This document shows positions 1 to 10,345 of a stretch of 64,000 nt of DNA, one piece after another (positions within the stretch are counted from its first letter, which is position 1; the number at the start of each line of letters is the position of its first letter). A model generated the notes under the pieces. That model was given only the letters and a program-made list of their open reading frames with translations. It had not been told where the DNA came from and did no database searches. Origin of the DNA: Camelus ferus (lineage: Eukaryota); assembly GCF_009834535.1 (NCBI RefSeq), contig NC_045719.1, forward strand, positions 5,952,001 to 6,016,000. Direction: 5' to 3'. Made by a program: the position numbers and the translations under genes.

Positions 1-243
1 TATCCTTTTCTGGAGGGGGTTGATATATTCATGGCTGTTTAATTTATCATTATGCTCCCAAACTAGCATACCTATTTATTTTTATTTTCGGCTTTAACAA
101 ATACATTATCAAATAAAGAACCATATGTTTGACGTGGTTCCTCGTATAAAATTTATATATGTGTATATATGTCTGTGCAGATGTGATGAGAATGAATTTT
201 TAAAACCACGCTGAGCTTGACCATGATCTTCCTCTTTTCTCAG

Positions 244-418
244 ACATCCCCAAGCCCCCCAGCAACATCATCCCAAGCAGAAATACAAACACGTCAGTGG
301 TCGTTACGTGGGAGGAACCCAAAGATGCTAAAGAGCTGGTCGGCTACTACATAGAGGCCAGCGTTGTTGGCTCTGGCAAGTGGGAGCCCTGCAACAACAA
401 CCCTGTGAAGGGCACACG
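244..418 (+). CDS. MYOM1: Myomesin-1 exon ~16, N-terminal part of Fn3 My6
   Basis: cag|AC...CG|gtaacc, 175 nt, phase 1 to 2. Reads (D)IPKPPSNIIPSRNTNTSVVVTWEEPKDAKELVGYYIEASVVGSGKWEPCNNNPVKGT(R), matching recalled myomesin-1 sequence. Confidence 0.96.
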
Positions 419-792
419 GTAACCGCGCCTGGTGGGGGGAGGGTCCCACACTGGAGCCGCAGCAGCTGCGGAGGGAGACACCACCATGGGCCCAAACAGC
501 TGCACAAACATCCAGCGGAGGGAGATTACTCAAAGCCTTATACTCTGAATAGCCAAATGAATTAAAAATTGAACACGTCTACTGCAAAACATTAAAAAAA
601 AAAAAGGATTACTAGTGATATTAAACATGTAGCAGCCCAGTGCAGCTCTGATGAGTTCATTTCATAGCTCTCTTCTGATGCTTTCCCTTTATCCTGCTTG
701 TCCTTTTTAACCCTCTGTTCTGGTCTTAATATCCAGTGTTTAATACCAAGGATCTGATAGGCTCTAGTGAACGTAAGTTACCCAGGCATTTT

Positions 793-2117
793 ATTTTATT
801 TTACTTTTTTTTAAATTGAAGCATAATCGACCTACAACACTAAGTTAGTTCCAGGTGCACAACATAGTGATTCAGTATTTCTATACGTTATAGAATGATC
901 CCCATGATAAGAGGAGTTACCATCTGTCACCGTATAAAGCTGTTATCATTAATATTATTGACTATATTCCCCATTCTATACATTTCACCCTAGTGATTCA
1001 TTCATTTTGTAACTGGAAGTTTGTACCTCTTAATCTTCACCTGTTTCACTCATCCCCCACCCCACACCCCTCTGACAACCACTTGTTTGTTCTCTATATC
1101 TGTGAGTATGTTTCTTTTTTATGTTTGTTCATTTGTTTTGTTTTTTTAGATTCCACAGAAATGAAATGAAATCATACAGTATTTGTCTTTCTCTGTCTGA
1201 CTTATTTTACTTAGTGTAATACCCTCTACATTCATCNNNNNNNNNNNNNNNNNNNNNNNNNNNNNNNNNNNNNNNNNNNNNNNNNNNNNNNNNNNNNNNN
1301 NNNNNNNNNNNNNNNNNNNNNNNNNNNNNNNNNNNNNNNNNNNNNNNNNNNNNNNNNNNNNNNNNNNNNNNNNNNNNNNNNNNGGCACATGTGTCTTTTT
1401 GAATTAGTGTTTACCCAGGAATGGAATTGCTGGATCATATAGTAGTTCTATTTTTAACTTTTTGAGGAACCTCCATACTGCTTCACGTAGTATCTGTAGC
1501 AATTTACATCCCACCAACAATACACAAGGTTTCCCTTTTCTTCACATCCCTGCCAACACTTGTTTTTTGCCTTTCTGATAATAGCCATTCTGACAGGTGT
1601 GAGGTGAAATCTCATTGTGGTTTTGATTTGCATTACCTGATGATTAGTAATATTGGCATCTTTTCATGTGGCTGTTGGAAAAAATGTCTATGCAGGTCCT
1701 CTGCCCATTATTTAATTGGGTTGTTCAGGGATTTTTTTGATAATTGAGTTTTATGGGTTTTTGGTATATTTTGGATATTAACCCCTTATCAGACACATCT
1801 CTTGCTTATATCTTCTTCCATTCATCAGGTAGCCTTTTCATTGTGTTGATAGTTTCCTTTGCTGTGCAAAAGCTTTTAAGTGTGATGTAGTCCCATTTAT
1901 TTATTTTTGCTTTTGTTTCCCTTGCCTAAGGAGACAGATCCAAATATTGCTAAGACCAGTGTCAGAGAGTGTACTGCCTATGTTTTCTTCTAAGAATTTC
2001 ATGGTTTCAGGTCTTACATTTAAGGCTAATCCATTTTGAGTTTATTTTTATGTATGGTGTGAGAAATTAGTCCAGTTTGATTTTTATGCATATAGCTGTC
2101 TAGTTTCATAAATTATG
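793..2117 (-). mobile_element. 5'-truncated L1 (3'UTR plus ORF2 end), laurasiatherian-type, spanning an N gap
   Basis: T-rich tail at 793-812, then typical antisense L1 3'UTR/ORF2 text (e.g. ttggatattaaccccttatcagac). TSD caggcatttt at 783-792 and 2118-2127; the right flank reads TT/AAAAA on the minus strand. Confidence 0.9.
1237..1383. other. Assembly gap (147 N)
   Basis: Run of N inside the L1. Confidence 1.
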
Positions 2118-2674
2118 CAGGCATTTTTAAAGGGCAGAAAAAAGTATCAACATTTTACAAATTTTGAACATCAGCATGGCTTAAACCCAGTGCTGAGGAG
2201 ATATAAATAACACCAGAACAAAGATGTTCAGAATAATTTGCCATCTCCTTGTATCTGTTTCTAATATGAGGAGGGTTATTTTTTTTTTCTTGCTTTTGAA
2301 TATTTTATCAGCCAGCTTTGCAAGTTAATGATGAAGTTAAATTCTGAGCCCTGTTTGATTTAGGACCAACCTCAGAGGAGAGTTCCCTTCCCTCAAATTG
2401 TCAAACAGGCTTGTTAGGCAGCTTCTGGCTTGGCCACTTCTGTGTCCAAAGACCCCTGTAGGATGAGTCATTTCTGCTGCAGAACATGAGAGAATAAAGA
2501 CAAACCAGTTAATGGGAGAAGGCAATATGTTTTGCAAGAGATCCAGTTAGCCTGTTTGTGCATTTCACTTTCACTCTGAAATCCCCACATTTTCCAGGGA
2601 CTGTTTAGAAACATGCATGGATGGGAGGCAGAGTCTGCCTGTCTACAGGCAGATGGGAGCTGCTCAGGGGCCGG

Positions 2675-2760
2675 CACCATTTTTTATTCATCTCTGTATC
2701 CGCAGTACCTCGCTCAGTGTCTGGAACACTGACATGCTCAATAAATATTCCCTGAACTGA
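2675..2760 (+). mobile_element. L2 3' end fragment
   Basis: cagtgtctggaacactgacatgctcaataaatattccctgaactga resembles the L2 3' terminus. Confidence 0.6.
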
Positions 2761-3149
2761 GCTGGCCTACATTAGGCTGCCTTTATTAAGTACTTCAACA
2801 TGCTAATAGTAACAGAGTCGTTAGCAGACCTGTTATTTCCTTTGCTTACAGTCCTTAGGATGGATTAAAATGTTAGTGATTTATGAAACAGTTTTTTTTA
2901 TAGCCATAATAGCTATTAAAGAGTGAGGTTTTTTTAATGTGTGAAACTGTCCACAGATTCATACCTCATTAGGGATCCTTATATGTAAATGACAATTCTA
3001 GAGTCCATTTTTCACCTTAATTTCAGATTTTAGTTTAATTTCTCAAGTAATTGTACCTTCCATGGGATGCAGGGAGGCAGTGAGTAGGCCTCTGTGACAA
3101 GGGGCAGCCAGTGCCTTGCAGCTTTAAGTGTATCCCTGAAGTAGCCATT

Positions 3150-3325
3150 CATAACAATGCTAATACCAGCTATTATTTTGGTGCTATGTAATAGGTACCA
3201 TGTATACTTTATGGTCAATCTTCACACAAAAATTACCATGTAGATATTATCATCCCCATTTTACTGATAAGCACACAGAGGCTCAGAAAGGTTAGGGTGT
3301 TTATTCAGGGGAAAACCAGGACTCC
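3150..3325 (-). mobile_element. MIR SINE fragment
   Basis: tattatcatccccattttactgataagcacacagaggctcagaaaggttag is the MIR core in antisense. Confidence 0.75.
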
Positions 3326-3520
3326 TCGTTGTTTGACAGAGTGAGTTTGGAAAATTGAGCTGCCTTCTTGTCTGACACACATGTGTTACCTGGATCTCTC
3401 TGTATCTTTTTCTTCCTTAAAAAAATCATTTTCGTAAATCCAGATCATTGTGTCAAGCTAACAATCACCTTCCCTAATTCTCCTCCTAGGAAAGCTTTTA
3501 AAAAATTCCTTCCCTTTCAG

Positions 3521-3642
3521 ATTTACTTGTCATGGATTGACTACGGGTCAGAGTTATATTTTCCGAGTCAGAGCAGTTAATGCAGCTGGACTTAGTGAAT
3601 ATTCACAGGATTCAGAAGCAATCGAAGTAAAAGCTGCTATTG
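3521..3642 (+). CDS. MYOM1: Myomesin-1 exon ~17, C-terminal part of Fn3 My6
   Basis: tttcag|A...TG|gtaagt, 122 nt, phase 2 to 1. Reads (R)FTCHGLTTGQSYIFRVRAVNAAGLSEYSQDSEAIEVKAAI. Confidence 0.97.
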
Positions 3643-4847
3643 GTAAGTTCCTTATGCATAACTTTGCAGGGGAAAAAATGAATTTTTCTAAGTTACAAAG
3701 AAAGATGCCATCCTCTCCAGAAATTGTTTAAAGCTTCTAATATTGCTCGGTGATTCCATCTTCAGATGATCATTGTCTCTGACTCCAGGTGACCTCTAAC
3801 CTTCCATAGCTGTCATTCTACAGATCTCCATCACTTACCCAGACTCTGTGCACCTGCAGCCTTTTCATCTTCACAAGCCCAAGTTTCCTCAGATATTTCC
3901 CATTGAGTGAAACTCCATTCTAACTTCATGCTCACCCTGGGAACATGAGGGCCATCTGAGTCCATGAGGTGGTATATCACCCGTAAGACAGATCATCTTA
4001 TACCTAAAAGCCATTTCATCTGCAACTGAGCCTGGCTTGCTTTCAGTAACAGCTCATTAACCTGCTTTCTATGAACTCTGCTGAAATTCCTGCAAGACAC
4101 GTGTGACTGCTTAGTCATTTGTTTTGTCTTTGCTGGCAAAGCCAACAACAGAATAAACCAGTAATCAAGTAATTATATGTATGTACAGTGACATACCTCC
4201 CAACCTTAAAGTGGGGAAGGGACCCAGGTAGTTCAGAGCAATGAAAGTGAAATCTGATATAGCAACACATGTTTAAGGAGAAAGTTTGCTTAATATCAGC
4301 TGTCTTCAGTTAGCATCCTGTAACGCTTTTTAACATGCCTCATAATATGTCTGTATTATAAGGACATAAGGAACATGTGTCTTTAGGGTTGGGAGGTGCA
4401 GACCATTCATGTATCAGTAAAGTACATAACTCTAGTTGTTGTATAATCAGGATCTTTAATGTTTGTCTCTTGTGCACTTTGTGGTCCCTTCCCCCCCCCC
4501 ATTCTGTTGAATAACAGCGCTTACATCTCTCAAGAAATGTCTCAGGCATGCTTTTTCTTATGTACACTTGGGTCCTGCCAATCAAAATGGTTCCCGTTCC
4601 ATCTGTGGTTTTTTGTTCTCGTTTCTTCTTTTTCCAAAATATGGAGAAGTTGAAATGTTTCCTTGGTGTAAATTACGTGAAATGTATGCTTTCCATATTT
4701 CTTGCAAATTCAAGTGATTTCCGTTAAACCAAGATTGCTTTTGTTCTGTTTGTGGGCCTAATGTTTTTCTCTTTTGTTCTATAAAGTGAGAGCGGTTCGT
4801 CCTGTGTCCAGGCTCAAAGTGTTTCTGTTGTTATCTGGCAATTGTAG

Positions 4848-5135
4848 GGGGAGGAGAGTCTCCAGATGTGTGGCCTGACCTGAGTGCTGCGCCTGCTGGA
4901 CTAACAGACTCCAGGGGAGGCGTGCATGAAACCTCCCGGCCAGCCTCTAAGAAAGATGCTTTGCTTGGTCGCAAACTTAACAAACCTTCACTACCCGGTA
5001 GCTCCCACAGCCTGGGCCAAACAGAAGTGAGGAAAGTAAGTGAAACAGTTCAGGAAGAGCTTTCCCCACAACCGCAGAAAGCAGCTCCTAAGGGGAAAAG
5101 TAAGTCTGACCCTCTGAAAAAGAAGAAGGATATAG
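4848..5135 (+). CDS. MYOM1: Myomesin-1 alternatively spliced EH (embryonic heart) exon, exon ~18 (17a), 96 aa
   Basis: ttgtag|GG...ATAG|gtgaga, 288 nt, phase 1-1, no stop. Reads GGGESPDVWPDLSAAPAGLTDSRGGVHETSRPASKKDALLGRKLNKPSLPGSSHSLGQTEVRKVSETVQEELSPQPQKAAPKGKSKSDPLKKKKDI. It lies between My6 and My7, the known position and length of the EH segment. Confidence 0.95.
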
Positions 5136-6043
5136 GTGAGAGCTGAAACAGTCAAAGTGTCCCATGCGTCTCCATCAGTGTCCTCACCTCTCATTGTCTA
5201 AACCACAACCCTCCATCTGTGTTCACTTTCACCAATGTTTATTCTTAATTTTGTGTGTTTTCAGTTACCCATTTGTAACACTTTTGTTTAATGAGTTGTA
5301 AGAGTAATTTTATATGGGTTTGGCTTTATACATAATTCGTTGTGCTTAATAACAATAGAATATTTAAAGTAATTTGGTTATAGAGTTCTTTTGGTTTGTC
5401 AGGTAGACGCACCTTTGACCTCATTTGGCTAGAAGAGCTAGCAAGCGGAACAAGGAAGGATTTGATAATCATAGCCTACAGGAGGTCCTTTGAAATATTT
5501 GTGTTCGTACTTGTGTGGGAAAAATATTTCACAAAGAAGCAACATTTTATCAGGATCAGTTATCAACTTCTGTTGTTCATCCTCAGGTTTTCAAATTACC
5601 TTCACATTTAATTCAAATTAACATATGTAACAATCTCTCTCTGAGTTGTCATGAAAAGTTTAACAGGGTATTATAATCATGTATAGCTATATGCTATTAT
5701 CTATGAACCACCTTCCCAGAACTTATTTATTTAAGACTGTTTATCGGTAAGGCTAATTATCTAATCAGAATTCGAATAGAAAGGCTAATTATCAGTAATC
5801 AGAATTTTCTGCTTAGGCTATTTGGTACTTGTAGTTTATATATTCTAGGAGACAATTTTTTCTTATCAAATAAAAGTGAAATGGTAAACGTGTACTGATA
5901 AATTATAACATGCCTCTCAGCCATCCGCTGTATCTACCCTACCCCCAACTTCTGTAACCTCTATTTTTTGACACCTTTATTTGTTCCTTCAACTCAAGAT
6001 GAGATGAGGTGTCCATTTGAGAGTTCATATTTAACATTGCTCT

Positions 6044-6090
6044 GAGACAGAGACAGAGACAGAGACAGAGAGAGAAGGAGAGAAAGAGGG
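6044..6090. repeat. (GAGACA)4 plus GA-rich low-complexity tract
   Basis: gagaca x4 at 6044-6067, then gagagagaaggagagaaagaggg. Confidence 0.85.
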
Positions 6091-7099
6091 AAGGAAAGCT
6101 TTTTTAAAAGGTAAAGAATGAAGGAGGTTGGTGATGGGGGAAGAGAGAAATGTTATTTTATTTTTTTAAATCCTTACTGTTCTGAGATCTTTTGAATAAG
6201 AATGAGATAGTTCCTCTATCTTTGATAATCCAAATAAATATTCAGGAAATTCTTTTTAATGTTACTGCATACCTAGATCGATTTCTTTCCACTGCCCCAC
6301 CCTCTCTTTCTTTATCAAAAAATCCTAATTTCAGTAGTTGAGTGAAAGTTTGATCAACCAAGCCACATAAATGAAGGGAGACTTTTAAAACAACATCCAG
6401 ATATTTTTATGACTAGTCATTAATAAACGTGGTGACAGCTGTGTAGTATTTTGTGCCGTATGAATAATAATCAACATCAGGTTTAAAATAATGGAGCAAA
6501 AAGTGTTATAGTAAGGGAAAAATCACATGCCTTTTTTTTTTTTTTTAATTTTGGCACTTAGCTGAACTCCAGAATATGATTTTTCCTATGTGTAGACAGA
6601 ATCTGTATAGTTGTAAAATCTTACAGGGGTACATGCACCTGAAAGGTGAAATGCTAACTGTTTGGAAATATGTGGAAATTCTTAATAAGCAAATCAAGGC
6701 AGAAATCAGTAGACATATGCCATTTTCCTCAGGGAGTAAGTAAAAACAAAACCACATAAAGAAACGAAAATTTATGTCTTGGGGAAAATATTTCTTCTTA
6801 TAGGGAACAGATCATTTTTCAGGAGATTGTACCATTTTGCTGTTAGTATTTCAAAACTTACTCCTCCTTGGGAGTGGGGGGGGTGGCAGGTTCTTTTTAT
6901 CTTTGGAGTAGTAATAGCAGTGCACTTTTTATTGTGCGTGTTTTTTCCCTCATACACTAAGTTGATGCCAAGTTACTTATTGGCATCACATTTTAGTTTT
7001 ATACCACAAGACCTAGTGCCCTCATGCACGGCACCAATGAAACAAGTTTGAATCACAGAAGCATTTCAGTCTACTCACGAGCTATTCATATTGCAACAG

Positions 7100-7296
7100 C
7101 GCCACCGTCTCCACCCTGTGATATCACTTGTCTTGAAAGTTTTCGTGATTCAATGGTCCTTGGCTGGAAGCACCCAGATAAGACTGGAGGGGCTGAAATT
7201 ACGGGCTATTACGTGAACTATCGTGAGGTAATTGATGGGGTACCAGGAGAATGGAGAGAAGCCAACATCAAAGCCATCAGTGATGAGGCATATAAG
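7100..7296 (+). CDS. MYOM1: Myomesin-1 exon ~19, N-terminal part of Fn3 My7
   Basis: caacag|CG...AAG|gtaagc, 197 nt, phase 1 to 0. Reads (A)PPSPPCDITCLESFRDSMVLGWKHPDKTGGAEITGYYVNYREVIDGVPGEWREANIKAISDEAYK. Confidence 0.97.
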
Positions 7297-7699
7297 GTAA
7301 GCAAGTAGCCCTCTGTAGTGTGGGGTGTTGTGCGTATGTTGACATACCCCACACACATGCATGCACACACATGCATGTGCCCAGCACCTTGTCAGTGACT
7401 CATGGCATCTCTCCAGTGTCCTTTGACATGACTTTTGTGACAAATATATAAAGATAAAAAGAAGTGTTTTGGCTGATCAGGAAGGATGTATATTTTCTGA
7501 TTTATACACATAAACATAATTTCTCAGAATATTTACTATAAATTATATACTTTTAATGAAAACTAATGTTTTTTACAAAAATTAACTCACAGAATATCGG
7601 TAACAATATGCCACTAGTTTTAAGAGTCCCTAAATCCAAATGACTCTGGATTTTTAAACTCTCAGTGTCCAAGTCTCCAAGAATAAGGGGAAGTGGGCC

Positions 7700-7913
7700 T
7701 GATGGCCTGACTCAGCTCCAAACCAATCAGGACTGGTTCCCCTGGCAATCAGTCCCCATCTTAGGTGCTTTCTGGAAAGATACTGCATTAACACAACAAA
7801 AGACACTTCATCACTCTCATCACTTAGGAAATTCCAAGGGTTTTAGGAGCTCTGTGCCAGGAATTGGAATGAAGACCAAATACATACTTCATATTATAAA
7901 TCATAATATCACA
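7700..7913 (-). mobile_element. MER21-family LTR, 5' end
   Basis: ggaaattccaagggttttaggagctctgtgccaggaa...cataatatcaca is the reverse complement of the recalled MER21C start TGTGATATT. Confidence 0.8.
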
Positions 7914-7914
7914 G

Positions 7915-8140
7915 TCAGGCACACCCAAGATAATTTATCTCCAGTTTGAATAAACTCAAAATCAACAGATTAGGGATCTTAATTACATCCTCCTTTGCCA
8001 CATGATGTAACACAATCATTGGACTGACATTCCAGTACCTTTGCCGTGTTCTGTTGGCTAAAAGCAAGTCTCAGATTTCACCCACGTGCAAGGGGACCTT
8101 ACAAAAGGGTGTGACTCATTGAGGGTCACCCTAGAAGGAA
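7915..8140 (-). mobile_element. MaLR LTR fragment (MLT1E/F-like)
   Basis: ttagggatcttaattacatc...ttctgttggctaaaagcaagtc...gggtcaccctaga matches recalled MLT1E/F antisense text. Confidence 0.65.
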
Positions 8141-8208
8141 ATAAATAAAATGTTGAACAACTAGAAAAACAAACCTGTTCACTATCTTTGATGTTGTCCC
8201 TGTTGCAG

Positions 8209-8335
8209 ATTAGCAACTTGAAGGAGAACATGGTCTATCAGTTCCAAGTGGCAGCCATGAACATCGCTGGGCTGGGGGCGCCCTCGGCAGTAAGCGCAAG
8301 CTTCAAATGTGAAGAGTGGACCATTGCTGTTCCAG
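8209..8335 (+). CDS. MYOM1: Myomesin-1 exon ~20, C-terminal part of Fn3 My7
   Basis: ttgcag|ATT...CCAG|gtaagc, 127 nt, phase 0 to 1. Reads ISNLKENMVYQFQVAAMNIAGLGAPSAVSASFKCEEWTIAVP. Confidence 0.97.
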
Positions 8336-9449
8336 GTAAGCCGTGAAAACCATGTCTCAGCACTGGGGCTCAGAGTTTCTTCCAATAGAACCTACAACTT
8401 GGAACTAAATTTAAGTGCTACATAGACAGCTTCTAAGGGAAACCAATTTTCCTGGCACCTCCAGTTTACATAAAATATTTTTACCATACTATTAAATAAT
8501 AGGTATCAGTATAAAACTGAGTGTGAATTTCTTATACTTACATTTCAGATAAATCCTAAAGTCCCCAAAGCTCAGCCTCTGCGTGGAGTAGGATTGATGG
8601 AAGCACAGTCTGAATGCCGCATGATCGTTTAAAAGGAATTCCAATCTTTGCTTGTGCTTCTTGAAGTCCAAAAAAGGGCACCCAGTTCACATCCCTCAGT
8701 AACATTGCTCAAAACTTCTTCCTGCACTCCTGAGTTCTCGTGCATTCGCCTGCTGCTCTGGAGCCTCTCATTAACAACCCAACGACTTTCCCCCAGCCCC
8801 AGCCTGTTCAATTCCTCAATTCCTTCCTTTCACAGATAAAGAAACAGACTTAGGTTAAATGGTCACACAGGTTGTCAGAGGCAGCTGGGATTGGAAGCTA
8901 GGTCTGCTCATTCCTCGACGACAGAGGGCAGGAAGCAGCAGCACTGGGTTCCTCGTCTGGAAAGCAGGGCTGGTGCTACCTGTTTGGATGCTTCTCTGGC
9001 TTCTGAGGATGACACAGGACAATGGCCGTAAAAGCCCTTTGCAAAACAGAACATGTCACACCAGTGTAAGGCACTGGTTATTCTTTAAACCCATTTCCAG
9101 CCAAGACGTCTTCGGAGGACAAGCATAACTCATTATCTGTGACTGTAAAGCTGAGGTAAAGGGCCTAACAAACAGTGAGCAATTGGTTGCAAAATGCCCA
9201 AGCATGAGTCTGTGGTTGTGATTGGCTCATAGGCCTCACTGTGAGTCAGTTTAGGGGATTTTGGTTGGTTAGAAATCACTTGTTATTTAAAAAAAAAAAA
9301 AGAGAGAGAAAAGGAAAATAATTAACTCTGTCACCTGCCTGCATAGCAGCTGGTAGGCATGCAAAGATGCAGGCAATGACCGAGTAGCTGGGACTCTCCC
9401 AAAAGTGCCAAGAGCACACCCAGGGAGAACTTTGGCTTCCTTTCCGAAC

Positions 9450-9550
9450 AGGTTGATCAAGTTCCTTAGGTTCTCTGAGCTTTCTTTGAATTGTCTTAGG
9501 GATGAACGAGACAAATGAATGTAAAGTACCTGGCAGGGTTTAGCACAGAT
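9450..9550 (+). mobile_element. Degenerate MIR fragment
   Basis: caagttccttaggttctctgagc...atgaatgtaaagtacctggcagg...agcacag resembles MIR. Confidence 0.45.
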
Positions 9551-10160
9551 TCAGGGCCTGTGAGATTGATTGCATTTATTTTGGTAGAAGTTCTTTGTAA
9601 ACCATAACAGTAGTTTGTTTTTACCCCTATATATACACTTTACAGGGTGGATTTTCCTCCAGTGGGGAGCTATTTTGCAATACATTTATTTTTCCTTTGA
9701 AAAAAAATATTACTATCTATATTCATATGCTATTGAATTGAGTTGCTTTCTTCATCCTCATTGAGACTAGAAGGAATTTTCAGATTGTCATCCAAAAATA
9801 GCCTGAAACTGAATCTGCAGCCAAATTAAACTTCTCTCATACAAGGTGAGGAACACAAGCCTGAGGACACCCTGAAGGCAAGGCTTCATCCAGCCGCTGG
9901 GGGGTGCCTTGAACTGGCCTTAACCACTTGCTGCCCGTGAAGGCTCTTAATAGGCTGACGTAGAGCCATGGAGGACACGATGTGAAATGAGCACGAAATA
10001 CCTGTTTCCATGGGAACGGTAGACAAAAGAACAACAGCAGCAGCAGATTCAGCATCAGATTCAGCTTTAAGACCTTAAATGTGGACCTAGATTTACACAT
10101 CCTGGAGTTCTTATCTACATCATGATGTTTTACACATCGGTCTCTCTCTCCCCGGCTCAG

Positions 10161-10345
10161 GACCACCGCACAGTCTCAAGTGTAGCGAAGTCAGGAAAAC
10201 CTCCCTGGTTCTGCAGTGGAAGCCTCCCACCTACTCAGGACGGACCCCAGTCACTGGCTACTTTGTGGACATAAAGGAGGCCAAAGCCAAAGAAGACCAG
10301 TGGCGAGGACTCAACGAGGCGCCTATTAAAAACGTGTACCTGAGG
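10161..10345 (+). CDS. MYOM1: Myomesin-1 exon ~21, N-terminal part of Fn3 My8
   Basis: gctcag|GA...AGG|gtaaga, 185 nt, phase 1 to 0. Reads (G)PPHSLKCSEVRKTSLVLQWKPPTYSGRTPVTGYFVDIKEAKAKEDQWRGLNEAPIKNVYLR. Confidence 0.97.

Noticed and set aside
5033-5041. Second internal GTAAGT donor in the EH exon
   Set aside because: Phase 0, would delete 100 nt and frameshift; explained by Lys-Val-Ser codons.
8287-8295. Internal GCA|GTAAGC donor in exon 20
   Set aside because: Wrong phase for exon 21 and has A at position -1; explained by Ala-Val-Ser codons.
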